64,000 nt of DNA, from positions 29,576,001-29,640,000 of the forward strand of contig NC_087437.1 of assembly GCF_036321535.1 (NCBI RefSeq), written 5' to 3'. Source of the stretch: Camelus dromedarius (Eukaryota). Below the pieces are notes generated by a model. The model was not told the DNA's origin. It worked only from the letters and a program-made list of their open reading frames with translations, and did no database searches. The translations under genes and the position numbers were made by a program. This document shows, piece after piece, positions 21,901 to 35,139 of the stretch; position 1 is the first letter of the stretch; each line of letters opens with the position of its first letter.

Positions 21901-23985
21901 CAGACTAAGACAGATTTTGGTACTGAGAAGTGGGTGCTGCTATAAGAAATGCCTACAAATGTGGCAGTGGCTTTGGAACTGGGTCATGAGGAGAGTCTGG
22001 AAGAGTTTTGAAGGGCATGCTAGAAGAAGCCAACATTGCCATGAAGGAACTTTTAAAGGTAATTCTTTAGAGAGCTCAGAAGAAGAGAGGGAAACTTTCC
22101 ATCTTAGAAAATACACAAATAATCATTAACAGAATATTATAGAAACATAGAAATGGGGGGCCATTTCTGGTGACGTCTCAGGTGGAAACATGTTGCTGGA
22201 AATTGGAGGAAGGGCTATTCTTGTTATGAAGTAGCAAGGAACTTGGGCTGAATTGTGTTCATGTTCCAGTGCTGTGTGGAAGGTAGAACTTGCAAGTGAT
22301 AAAATTGGATATTTAGTGGAGGAGATTTCTAAGCAACGTATTAAAATCGGTTCCTCCTGACTGCTTGTAGTAAAATGCAGGAAGAGAGAGATGAAATAAA
22401 GAAGGAATTGTTCAGCAAAAAGGATCCAAAACGTGAAAATTTAGATAATTCTCATCCTGTCTATATTGCAGAAAAGTGAGAAAGCATGTTCAAAAGGGAA
22501 CACCAGGGGTTGGATTATCACTCAATAAAGAGATGATGGGATTGTATGAGCAGGGACCTTGCCAGATTGGACTGAAGGGGATAGACAGGGCCTTCTAATC
22601 AATACCGCAAGGGTGGGGTCACCCAGAGCCCTGGGGGGAGAGCTCCCTGGAGCCTTCGGGATAATGTCCATGCCCAGCAGAACCTTGGGGACAAACCCTT
22701 GGCCAGCAGAGTCATGGGAAAGGGGCTGTTGCCCAAGTGGATCTGGAAGGCGGGTCATTGAACCAAAGGGGTTAATCTTGATTCTGGGGATCTGATGGAG
22801 TTTACCTTGCTGGGTACTGAATTTGCCTGGGACTTGTTACCCCTTTCTTCCTTTTGATTTCAACCTTTTGGACTGGAGATGTTTATCCTATGCCTGTCCC
22901 ACCATTGTACTTTGGAAACACAAAATTTGTCTGGTTCCACAGTGTGATGATTGTGATTTATCCTAAGAAATATATATATGTGGTCTTCATCCTTGTTTCT
23001 GGCACAGGGCTACTGAAGTCATTCGGGGTTGTCTGATGAGAGTGATAGAGGTGTCTCTTGCTATGTTAATCAGGTGACTTCTGGACTATACCTAAGGATT
23101 GAGGCTGGTTGCCAGGGGAACCAACCTAGGAAAGAGGGTTAGAACTTTCAGTCCCACCCTCTGATTTCCAGGGAGGGAAGAAGGGCTGGAGGTTAAGTCA
23201 GTCACCAGTGGCCAATGATTTAATCAGTCATGCTTCTGTTATGAAGCCATAAAAACTTAAAAGGACAGAGTTCATAGAGCTCCTGTGTTGGTGAACACAT
23301 GGAGATCTGGGGAAAGTGACACACCTGGTGAGGGCATGGCAGCTCCACACCCTTTTTCATGTGCCTTGCCCTGCACACCTCTCCCATCTGGCAATTCCTA
23401 TTATATCCTTTTATGATAAACTAGTAATCTAGTGAGTAAAATGTTTTTCTGAGTTTTGGGAGCCCCTCTAGCAAATGAATTAAACCAAAGGAGAGGGGAT
23501 TGTGAAACCTCTGATTTATAGTCAGTCAGTCATAAGTTCAGGTAGCAACTTGAACTTGTGAATTGCATCTGAAGTCCAAGGAGGGGATCATGGGAACCTC
23601 CAATCTGTAGCCAGTCAGTCAAAATTACAGGTAATAACCTGGGCTTGTGATTGGCTTCTGAAGGGGGCAGTCTCGTAGGATTGAACCTTTAAACTACCCG
23701 CCACACCCCCGCACCATACACACACACACACACACACACACACTTGGAAATTAGATCTCAGAACACCTATTTACAAAGGTTCACAGCTGGAGAGAAATTT
23801 TGCCTCAGTCTGAATCATGCCCTGAATCTCACTCATGCTTGCTTTAGATGATATTTAAATGAGACTTTAGACCTTGGGCTTTAGAGTTGATAGGGAATTG
23901 AGTTAGGACCTTTGGAGCTATTGAGATGGAGTGAATTTACTTTGTATTCAAAAAAGACATGAATTTTAGGGGGCTAGAGGCAGAG
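21901..23985 (+). mobile_element. MaLR internal region (MLT1A-int-like), interrupted by a MER21-like LTR
   Basis: cagactaagaca|gattttggtactgagaagtgggtgctgct...ggctttggaactggg. Resumes at gttcacagctggagag and ends in a purine tract (gggggctagaggcagag) before the 3' LTR. Confidence 0.85.
22943..23765 (+). mobile_element. MER21-like solo LTR nested in the MaLR internal region, with (CA)n near its 3' end
   Basis: ggctggttgccaggggaaccaac...ttagaactttcagtcccaccc...ggccaatgatttaatcagtcatgc...gagggcatggcagctcc. Confidence 0.85.
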
Positions 23986-24335
23986 TGTTGTAGATAAAAT
24001 TGTGTCCTTCCAAGATTCCTGTGTTGAAGCCCTAACCCTTGGTATTTGGGGATGGGCCTTTGGGAGATAATTGGGTTTGGATGATGTCATGAGGGTGGTG
24101 CCCTCATGATGGGGTTGGTGCTCTAATAAGAGAAGGGCTCTTTCTCTCTCTCCACCAAGTAAGGACACAGCAAGAGGGGAGCCATCTGTAAGGCAGGAAA
24201 AGAGAACTCACCAGGGTCTGATTGTGCAGGCACCCTGACCTTGGACTTCCATCCTCCAGGACCGTGAGAGATAAGTTTCTTTTGTTTGAGGCACCCTGTC
24301 TGTGGCATTTGTTGTGGCAGCCAAGTAGACTGACA
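23986..24335 (+). mobile_element. MaLR 3' LTR, MLT1A/MLT1A0
   Basis: tgttgtag...gttgaagccctaaccc...catgagggtggtgccctcatgatggg...ttggacttccatcctccaggaccgtgaga...gactgaca. Confidence 0.9.
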
Positions 24336-24769
24336 CCCACCTACCTTCTGGCCACGTGTCCTGTTGTTTGGCTTGTACGTGCCATCCCTCTACTGCAAAT
24401 GGCCTAGTCCTCTGGGAAAACCCACTCATCTTTCAAGATTCAGTTCAAATGCCATATTCTCTGGGACATTTTCTAAACTTCCCAGGAAAGTTTAAATGCT
24501 CCTGCCGCCATGTTATCATTGGCTTTGTATTCAGGTGGGCAGAGTACCTGTCACCTAGTGCTGTAAGGACAATTCATGTGTCAGGTTTTTTTCTACTTGT
24601 CACAATTCTTGTGATTCTTTAAATCCCAGAGTCTGTACAGTAAACAGTGTGGAGGCAGTGGTCCAGGCAAGAGGCAGTGGAGGCCTGAATTATGATAACG
24701 CAGAAGCAGCAAGTAGAAGGAACTCATGCAAGGGAGATGGGGGAAGAAGCTTGCCTTTCAATCTTATCC

Positions 24770-26075
24770 AGACATCCTTTCTCTTTCTACTCATTTAAAC
24801 CACTGCCATCTGGCTATTGCCCCCAACACTCCGCTGATGTGCTTATAAATAACCTCCCAATTGCCTGATCCTATTTTACCAATCTTATCTGACCAATTTT
24901 AGTTTTCATCTCCCTAGATCTCTCTGTTTCACTTGACACTATTAAACCCAGCCTCCTTGGCAATGTCCTTTCCTTTGATTTCTGGTGCAATGCAGGTCCT
25001 GGCCTTCCTCCTCTGCCATCATTCTGGCCTCCTTTTACTTTGACCACTGAAGGGCTTCCCCAACACTTAAAAGTTCTTTTCTTGACCCCATTTCTCTCTC
25101 TTTAGAGTGTCTTCACACACCTACCATCTTGGTTTCAATCACCATCTAATGATGCTCACATCTGTTTCTCCAGCTTCAAACTCATGTATCTAGCTACCTG
25201 CTATTTGAATGTCCTACAAACAGCATGGATATTTGCCATGCCCCAAACTAAATTAATAAATAAAGCCCCTGATAAAAAAAATTTAAAATAAGATAAAATA
25301 AATAAAGCCCCCAATACAAATGCTACTCTTATACCTACATTATTTATCCCTGCTCGTGGCCATGCTGTTCATACAAGATAGAAATCTCTATCATCCACGA
25401 TGCCTTTCCTAACATTATTTTCCAAATAAAATCTGTCAGAACCTGCTAATATCAGTCATTTCCTTGATTCCTTCCTTCCCTTCACCTCCATATCCAATCT
25501 CAGAGTTTTTCTGATCTAAATGCCGAACACTTCTCAAGTAGGCTTCTTTCTCTCCAAACCTAGTAAATCCTTGTTAAAAGAAAGCCTCCCTGTTTATCCC
25601 TGTTTCAGCCTAGACTTCTAACTCCTCTCCCTACTTCTGCCATCCTCCTTCATATAGATCTATCACACAGCCACCAGGTCAGTCAGTTTAAAACCCATGT
25701 ACAACCCTGCCTAAAACTCTTCAATGACACCTCTGACTATAGGGGAAAATCCAGGTTTTTCAGGATACTGTGTGGTGCTTTCCATGATCTTGTCCAGTGA
25801 CTTTCAAACTGTTTTTACTAAGGTAAGAGAAACATTTATATTATGAATCACCATACTCATATGTTTTAATAATCGAAACCATGCTTAGCTTTACTATGTG
25901 TGATGTTGACATCTATTCTATTTCATTTTTAACTGTCAGCCCATATTGAATTGAAAAGCCGGGGTCTAGTGTCAGCCTACCTGTAAAGTCTCATTTTGCT
26001 ACTTCCTAACACATTTATGATACTTGAGCAACACCAAACTGAGTGAATCAGTGAATGAATGAACAAATTAATGAC
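24770..26075 (+). mobile_element. L2 LINE (degenerate ORF2 end and 3' end)
   Basis: Degenerate RT-region text (atctggctattgcccccaacactccgctga; catctccctagatctctctgtttcacttgacact) and a terminal (tgaa)n tail. Confidence 0.75.
25795..25963. mobile_element. hAT-Charlie-type MITE remnant (Charlie4z-like) inside the L2
   Basis: Ends cagtgactttcaaa and ttgaaaagccggg; internal ttactatgtgtgatg...tctattctatttcattttt. Confidence 0.55.
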
Positions 26076-26206
26076 CCTTCAGAGATATATAATATTTAAA
26101 GATGTAGAGTTTTATTGTTGTAAAAAATCTAAGAAGTTGGAAAGTGGAAAGAATTGACTAAGACTTGCCAGGTAGACTAATTAAAGGTAAAACTCACCAT
26201 CAGGCT

Positions 26207-26630
26207 GTGCATCAGTTACCTTTAGCCGTGTAACAAAATCATCCCGAAGCTTAGTGGCTAAAAACAAGATGATTTATATTTCTCACAAATCTGTGAGTTG
26301 GCTGGGTGGTTTCTCTGCTGGGTTCACCTGGGCTCACTCACACAACTGCATTCAGTTGGGGGCTCAGCTGAAATAAAACGTCTAATGTGACCTCTCTCAA
26401 ACATCTGGTGGTTGGTTGACTCTTGGCTGAGGTGCCTTGATGCATCTCCATGTGGCCTCTCACTTTCCAGGAAGCAAGGCTAGCTTCTTACATGGAACCT
26501 TCAGGGCAGCATCTAGGAGGGCAGAAGTTGCAAGACCTCTTAAAGCCTGGGCTCTGAACTACATACAGTGTTTCCTCAAAGCAAATCATAAGACCAGTGC
26601 AGAGTCAAGGAGTGGAAAATACAGCCTCCC
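26207..26630 (-). mobile_element. MaLR LTR, MLT1H-like
   Basis: gtgtaacaaaatcatcccgaagcttagtggct...ctgggctcactcac...ctccatgtggcctctc...aaagcaaatcataagacc. Confidence 0.8.
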
Positions 26631-27579
26631 CCAGGCTCCTTTGTAATCAGCTTACCAGTCCTCCTATTCCTAATGATTATCCTCTTCTTAAATCAGATAT
26701 CCTCTTTTTCCTTTTGTCTTTTCCAGTGTGGCATCTGTAACCTAAGAATAAAAAACAGGCAAGTTCTTGAATATGAAGAGATACAGAGAAATAGAAAGGC
26801 AAGAAAACTTCTTTAAAACAAACAGCTATCAGTTGAAATCCAATTTAGCTAGGAATTCTTGATGTTGGAATTTGACACCCTTAATTTGGGGAGTACATAT
26901 CTGAGTGCAGAAGCTGTAACCTTCTGCAGACTGTGGTTTATATTTGCCTAGAAAAGAGTTAGGCCTTGAGCATTGAGGCCAAACTTCTTTGGAATTATTC
27001 ACTCCTGATTTCTCTTTCCTCATTAGATGTCTTTCACTCAGACCAACCCACCTGATACCATTCTGTGTTCACAAGACCAGTATTTGAAATCTCTTCTTAT
27101 CTTATAATCTGACTTAGATTGGCCTCCAATAAATGTGGTGCCTACGGGTACAGCTCAGGAAAGTTTGTGCACAGCCTGAGGAAGCCAGCCTCTAAGCATC
27201 TGCTAATTTTGCCCACAGCTGTGAGTAAAAGGAACAGATTTAGCATAGGTCTCTGAAAATTGGGCAAAAGCAAAATGTCTGTGCTTCCCAAATACCTTCT
27301 CAATGATCACAGGTTATTTAACACTCTGTTTCAATCAAAGTCTGTCTCCATTTCTGAAAATGCTAGATTCTCTGTTACAGAACCGTATCAGAGACACCCA
27401 GTTGTGGATGCCTGGTTCAATATTGATTTTCCCTTTAAATTAGTTCGACTGCCAACTCGGCCAGTTGAAATGCTAAACTTGACATAAAGTATGCATTTTC
27501 CTTTTATTTAAGCAATGCATGAAGAAGCAAATTGAGACTAATTCAAGTTTGAGTCAGAGACCCTGTATGAATTTAGCTT

Positions 27580-27735
27580 TTATTTATTCAATAAATATTT
27601 GTTATTTATTTACAAGATAGTATACAGTGAACACCTGTGCCAGGCACTGTTCCAAGAGTTAAAGGAATAACAATGAGCAAAACAAAGTTCCTGGGAACTA
27701 TATTCAATGGCTTGTAGTAACTGTAATGAAAAAGA

Positions 27736-27787
<52 letters not shown>

Positions 27788-28330
27788 CTATATCTCTCTC
27801 TCTATATATATATATATCTGAATCACTTTGCTGTACACCAGAAACTAACACAACATTGTAAATCAACTATACTTCAATAAAAAAAAGTTCCTGCCCTCTT
27901 AGAGCTGATATCCTATGAGAAAGTGTGGAAGATATAAATATCAATCTCAGATTCTGTTCTCCAGGCACTTTCAGAGACTCTCTGGAGAACAGCAAGTGCT
28001 GTCAGAAAAACAGAATATGCTTTGGGGCTTTAGAAGCAGCAGCAGTTTCTTCTAAGAGGCAGAACCATGAGAAGGTTCAAACCTCTAAACTGGACTTGAA
28101 GACTCACACCTGCAAATGAGGAGGGAAAGGCTTCCAGGACTAGAGAAGAACATGAGCAAAGACAGGGGGTCAAGCTGGACCATGATTCCCTGTGGCTAAC
28201 AGTTGGTTCCAAAAAGGAAGATAGTAGAAGAGAAGGTTAGAAAGGTTAAGTTGTGGCCCAGGGCCAATCACAGCCTTTGAGGCCTTAAGCACTCCAAAGG
28301 AAGTGATTCCTCGCCTGCCATGAAATAGAT
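27580..28330 (-). mobile_element. L2 3' fragments (host of the short L1 insertion)
   Basis: ttattcaataaatattt...tgtgccaggcactgttc...aaagttcctgccctcttagagctgata. Confidence 0.6.
27694..27883 (+). mobile_element. Very short L1 3' end with an internal (TA)n(TG)n microsatellite
   Basis: ggaactatattcaat...gaatcactttgctgtacaccagaaactaacacaacattgtaaatcaactatacttcaataaaa. TSD aaagttcctg at 27684-27693 and 27884-27893. Confidence 0.9.
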
Positions 28331-30739
28331 TATTGAGAACAATACAAAGATGAGAATTTACACTTCTCTCCACAAAATTCTGACTTTTCCCCTGATGGCT
28401 TCTGGAATAAAGAATCTGACTCTGTCTTTGATGCCTGAGTACAAGCATCTTTTAGGTTTCACCCGTCCCTCATCCCTTCTGCCCCCAGCTAAGAGAGCCC
28501 AGGTGCTCCTTCCTTTGGCACCAGTGGGAAGATTCAAAGCACGCAGGAACCTTCTTTGTGATCCTAGCTTGTAACCGCCACAAAGACGCCAAGACTCCCC
28601 TTCCTGCTCTCTGAGTCATTTCAGACTTGCCTGGGAGGTTAGCAGTAAATCTTTTCACGTACTGTGCGGGTGTGTGTGTGGCATCATCAGTCTTGACATC
28701 AAACTAGATTTTGGATGTGACCCATCCTGTATCGATGGAGTATCTGCAATAGCGATTCTGATGCTCTTTTCAAAAAGGTCATATGTTTTCAAAACAATTC
28801 AAAGCCCCTACCATTTGGAGACACAGCAGTTTGAGGCCAGATCATGGCCGGCCTTATGCACTAAGGTCATTGGAATTTTAAAACTGTTTCCTCTGTGGCT
28901 AAAGGTTCCACATTTCTTGCAGTTAGGTGAAATACTTGAACATTTTGCCTACTCTAGATACACAGTAGACACTTAATGGAAGACAATTTCAGTAATAGTT
29001 GTCGCAATGCCAGCAGTTATTTTGATAGCGTGGAAGTAAATCTAAAAAAAAAAATATATATATATATATATACAGTAGAGATATGCATGTCACCTAAAAT
29101 GAGTAATAGTGAGAATTTGAGCAAATTTTTGTTTTTTTCAGTAATTGTTTATCAAGCGTTTACCACTTGCAGTGCACTCTGCTTGGTCCTGAGGAGGCAG
29201 AAACAGGCTTTTTTGTTGTTGTTGTTTTCTCCTGTAGTTACTTTATATGCAGACCTAACACATGGATTCAAACAGGGTGCACCTCAGGTGATTAATTTGC
29301 CTAACCAAAGTTGAAATGAATCGATGAATGATGAAAATGAATTAATTGTCACTTAGCCCATAATGAGTCACTCATACGCAAGCCATTCAGGGGGAATTAG
29401 GCTCTATTCTGGAATATATTTCATATACAAGTTATTCCTTGCGGAAAACAAACTGCATTGAAAAACATTTCTGAAAGCTGATGATTCTAGATGATGAGTA
29501 GCATTTTTCTAAACTAACAAATAAAAGCTATTCTGAGGCTGCTAACATGACTCGCATAATTAAATGTCTGTGACCGTCGGAGTATTTTATCATTGATGGT
29601 ATGTTACATCTTTTTGAGAATTTCCTGGTTCTGTGGAATGAACAAATATCACCTTTTAAAATATGAAATGGTTTAAAAATTCTTTTCTAATAATGCTATC
29701 ATTAGAAAATAAAGTGCTATCGTTTATAAACATATTGTCACAGGATGGTTCTCAATTACTATTAGAAAGAAGGGACACAATCAAGCCGGACAAAGGAACA
29801 GGAAGAATGCAGGATTTAATCAAGAAATCATCTCTATTCATATATACGCTCCTGGGATAATTTAAGCAGATTTTCTCTCTGTGAATCCAAAGCTACTAAA
29901 TCATTATCAAGAATGACGATTACTAAAAAGTTATGCTAATTTCAATTCCAAAATAAAATATAAGCAGTGAAAGAGAAGCCTAAATGATACCAGTAGAATG
30001 TGAGGAGATACACGAATATTCACTGCAGAATTGAAAGCTGGGTTGCTGAACTTAATCGACATTGATAAAAATAGGTATTGTCAAATCACTTATAAAATTT
30101 CCATAAGAAGTGGCAAACGTCAAAACTGACTCAAGCCATTTGGTGCATAGTAAAGACAGAAGTGACACAGGGGAGGCGTGTAAGAAGTATGCCATTATCC
30201 CTTCCATTCTGGACATGGAGTAATTGCCACCCATTCTATGACAAATCTCTTTCTAACATGGACACATTTCTTAAAAAGAAGTGGTAATCCTTTGACAAAA
30301 GCTTCCTAAGTGTGGATGTGTCCTTGGCAAAGGTGCCTTAAAGGAAAGAAGAAATTGTCTGAAAGGAGGCAAGGACTTAACAGAAAATGAACTAACTTTC
30401 TAAAGGGACTAAGGTGAAAATGCGTAATCTTTTCTCACGGATGTAAGTTGTAATTCAAAAGAAGCTACATTTCTTCACAGAGTTTCAAATCCCTAAACTG
30501 GAATTTCCTTTTAAGCCTGCTAAGAACTGCCTTCAATTGTGTGAAGGGACTCGAGGTCACATATAAACAGAGAGGAAACTATGTTTCTGTGCTTTGGCAT
30601 TTAGGCAATGATCACCTTGCAACCTCAAATTCATAAAATATTCTTTCAGCAAATATGCTAAGTGTTGACCGTGCATCAGCCTCATCCCAGACATTTGAAA
30701 CACGTCTGGAAAACAGTGACAGAGATCTCTGAACCAGAA

Positions 30740-32772
30740 TGCCTTCTCACCTGGATTTCTCCAACAGCCTTCCCTCTCTGCAATGATTGTTTCAACCTCC
30801 TCAAATTGCCAAGCCCCTCTTGCTCTCACCTGGGGCCATGACCTCACCTCCTATCCCTCACAACAATCAGAAGCCATGAAATATAAACTTCCTCAGCTTC
30901 CTGGTACCAGATCTGTTCCTGCACCCTCCCGCCCTCCCTGCCTGTTACAAATCCCACCACTTTTAAATTTCCGAGAGTCTTAGGCTGCTGATTTCCCTCT
31001 TTATCCTGTGTCCTAAATAACTCTCTCTCTCTTCCCTGAATCCTTACCGTGAATATTTATGTTTGATCTAAACTAAAATTCCCTATTTAAAATCACACAT
31101 ACACGCACGTACACGTGCACACCAAGATCCCACGTTACCTTCAGCCACTCCCTGTCTTCCCCTAAAGCCAAACTTCTTTAAGAAGGTACAAAATTCTTAC
31201 TTTTCTGATTCCTTATTTCACCCGTCCACTCCTTCCAATAAACTCATTGCCCTCTTCACATCACTAAAATTATTTTTGATAAGCTCTTTGATGACTTTTC
31301 TGCTACTAATTCTAATTAAGACTTCTCATTTGTCATCTTACTCAGAAGTGTTAGATGTGCTTACTGCCTTGAAATCCTCTCTTCCCTTGGCTTCTGTCAC
31401 ATCATGTCCCATCTTCTGATTGACCTCCTCCTACCTCTCAGCCAGACTTCCAACTTCGCTTTCCTTTCCTGCCTGATCTTTAAATACTGGAGATCCTTGG
31501 AACCCAGTCTGAAGCCCGTAGTCTCCTCATCCTCCTCTCTCTGCCCAGTCAAACTCTCTCCCTCCCACAGTTTCAAATGCTGTCGCTATATCAATGACCT
31601 CGGAAATTCTGTTTCTATCCTGACCTCTCTGTGAACTACGGAACTGTATTTCCTGTTGCCTTTTGGTGTACTGGCATAGCTTTTTGGATGCCACATAGGC
31701 CCTCAAATTCAATATGTCCAAACCAAAGCTACAATTTTCCCTCCAAAACCTGTTCTTCATCCAGTACCCCTTCACTGAAGTAGGTGGCACCACCACCCAC
31801 CCAGCTGATCCTGACAGTGTTCTAGGTGTTAGCCCTGTCTTCTTAATCCTGCCTCTTAATAACTGCAGATGTGTTCATGTCTGTTCATCTTTACTGTCAC
31901 CAGGTTAGTCCAAGTCACCATTATCTTCTTCCTGAAGCTTCTTATTAACCTTTTAGAGACTCTTGTCCCCCTCCAATCCTTTCTTCATATTGAAACTAAA
32001 CCTTTTTTTCTTTTACAATACAAATTTCTTTAAGACATTGTCCTGTATCAACCCATCAATAGCTTCACATTACTTTCAGGGTAAAGACAAATATCTTAAT
32101 CTGGCTGACAAGGCCCGTCAGGATCTAACCCCTGACTGCCTTTCTCTTCCTTTATATACCACCTTCTCCCGTGCTGACCTCGCTTTGGCCACAGAGGAGA
32201 CCACCCTGCCTCAGGGTCTTTGCACGTGCCACTGCTTCCATGTATCGCTCTCTGTCCCCACCTCCTTACCTCTCATTCCTAATCAGGTCTCAGCAGAAAT
32301 CTTACCTCCTTTACAACCTTCAGCAATTGACCTAACCTCTCTTTGCCTCATTTTCTTTATCTGTAAAGTTGGGTAGAGGTAGCTGTGAAGATAGGGAGAG
32401 TGAGTGCAAGTAAAACAGTTACAGTAGTGCCTGGAATACATTAAATGCTCAATATATGTTAGCATCATTATTTTTATCATTGCTGTTATCATTGCCATAA
32501 TTATCTTGCTTTAGGAAGACCTTCTCTGACTCCCCACACTGTATCAAATCCTCTCAGTATATGCTGTCATAATATACCAGACTTTTCCTTTAGTAGATTT
32601 AACTTAACTATGATTAATTGGATATTTGCATAATCCCCTACAAAACTCCAAGCTCATGAAGGCAAGTACCACATTGTCCTGTTCATCACTGTATAGGCAA
32701 GTCTAGCCACGTCTCAGCACCGAGTACTTTCATAGTATGCTGTAATGCCAAGTGAATTAATGAGTGAATGAA
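30740..32772 (+). mobile_element. Long L2 LINE remnant with a MIR insert (about 32310-32470)
   Basis: ctcaaattcaatatgtccaaacc, tagtccaagtcaccattatct, cctcagggtctttgcacgtgc, tcatgaaggcaagtaccacattgtcctgttcatcactgtat, and a tgaatgaat tail. Confidence 0.85.
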
Positions 32773-32886
32773 TCACACTCTGTTAGTTTATTTTTGTGTC
32801 GGACATCTTGGAGCACTTATCACCTATTGCTATAACGGACTTAACCCTGTTGGGAAGCACCAGAAGAAGTAATCTGAATCCTGGGG

Positions 32887-33066
32887 TCTTATGGATTGAA
32901 TTGTGTCCCCTAAAAAGAAATGTCAAAGTCCTAAGCCCTGGGACCTGTGAATGTGAACTTATTTGGAAATAGGATATTTGCAAATATAATCAAGTTTAAG
33001 ATGAGATCATTAGAGTGGGCCCTAATCCAACATAACTGGTGTCCTTATAAGAGGGAAAGTTGGACA

Positions 33067-33103
<37 letters not shown>

Positions 33104-33382
33104 GAGGAGAACACTGTGTGTACACACACACATTCAGGGAAAATGACCATGTGAGGGCAGAGGCAGAAATTAGAGCTATGTTGTCTCAAGCCAAGGGACA
33201 CCTGAGGCTACCCGAAGCTGGGAGAGGCAAGAGAGGGTACTCCACTGAGGACTTTGGAGGGAGCATAGTGCTGCCAACACTTTGAATTCTAGCCTCCAGA
33301 GCTGTGGGGAAAAAAAATTTATGTTGTTTTAAGCCCCCTAGTTTATAGTACCTTGTTTCCACAGCCCTAGTAGACTAATATA
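32887..33382 (+). mobile_element. MaLR solo LTR, MLT1B/C-like, with internal (CA)n
   Basis: tatggattgaattgtgtcccc...gggccctaatccaacataactggtgtccttataagag...caagccaagggacacc...agactaata. Confidence 0.9.
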
Positions 33383-35139
33383 TGTCCTTTAAGGGAAAAA
33401 AAGTAATTTAGAGGCAGATAAACTGAGACCCCAGGCAAGTGGACAGACAGCAGAATCATCTCTGCCCCTCAGTGATCTTTCTTTCTTTTTTGCCCCGTTA
33501 TACATGAGACTCACTGATAAAGGAGCCAGCTGTGGAGCCCTGCGGGTCCTGCATGTGCCTCACCAAGCAGCCAGAGCTTTCTGTATGGGACAGTGGTCCT
33601 GGTGGCTCCTTGGATAATGTCTGATCGATGGAGAAGGTTGGACTGCCTCTCACAAGGGCAGTTTTAGTAGGATATTTTGGCCATTGCTTGCTTCTTAGCT
33701 GCAAAAGAAATGTGCCCTTGTAATGCATTCAGCACAGCTGATTACGGAATAGCTAATTCAGTATTAAACAGCATTCTTTCTTTGTGCAAGTCAGCAAGCC
33801 ATGATGAGTCTGAAAATGCCTCTAAGTCCAGCTTAGAGAATGGTGTGTTTTCACCTGTATTTTTAAAGCATGCAGCAGTAATATACATTTAGTCAATTGG
33901 TGGAAAGAAAGTATTTGTCCTGTCAGCTTTTGTATGCTCAGTGATTACAGAACTGCCAACGTTATTATTCTTGCCAGTTCACACGACTGCTTGACAACCT
34001 CTTATCCATTTGCATTTTTTCAGTGATTTTTCCAGCAGTGTAATTGGGAAGCTTTACGATTACACAGGAGTGGAAGGCTAGAGACATATAGAGATGCTGT
34101 CTATATTATGTTGAATTATTGTAGCTGCAGTCTTATTACCTCTGATAGGCCTGAATTCAAATATAATCAGAGCCATTTGTTAAATATGAATAACACTATA
34201 GTATTTATATTGTGATAGGTTTGGCACAACAGCCCATCAGAAAGTCTAAAATAAAAAGGGGATCTTGTTATTTCTACCAAAAAAAGAACACTAGAAATAT
34301 TTTCATGCTACCTTTTGAAATATTTTTATAAAGTTTTCATTATTAAAAGAACAAAACATTAACTAAGAGTTAAAAATTCAGGGAATTCTTTTTGAATCTT
34401 ACATGAACAGAATATCTAATGATAATAATCAAGTGAATTTTAAAACCCAAAAGCTCTAGAAACATTCTGACAAAAATACATTTCCATCCTAAGAAAATGA
34501 CTGTGTGAGCCCTTTTCATTTATATTTTCTTCATATGTTACGATATATTGATATTCGCCTCAGAAGAATAGGGTTCTGAAAAATAGAAGTAAAAGCCCTA
34601 TTCTCCAGGAAAACACAATACAACCTTAGAAAAACAAAATCAGTTCCACTCATTTTGCATAAAGTTTGGTCTTACAAACTCTTGGTCTCTTGAAATTCCA
34701 TTATTAAGTTAACACAAAAGTGCTTAGATGTTTGGATTGGATAGCTGCATTTGTGAAAGCAGGAGTGACTCCAGGGACTTTTACCAATTCATTTATTGAC
34801 CCACCTCTGTAGGTGGTGACTGAGCTCTCTCACTCAACTTTCCACTGCAAAATTATCGGTGTAGTGATTCCAAACTTAGGATTCTTTGACCCTAAGGAAG
34901 CCGTATTTATTAAAACATCTAAAAATCCATATGCATCCAAGCATTTTTCTGTAGTTAGAATAATTAAGTGGTCATACAAATAATTTTTCAAATGTAGATA
35001 AACTTGCTATGATTAAAATTAAAATATTTTCAAGAAAATTACAGAATTCATAGTAGTTTTTAAATTTACTTTCTCAATCCTCAGATGTAAAAAAACAGTT
35101 ACTCTCCTGTAACTGCATTGGAATATCTCAAAACTATGT

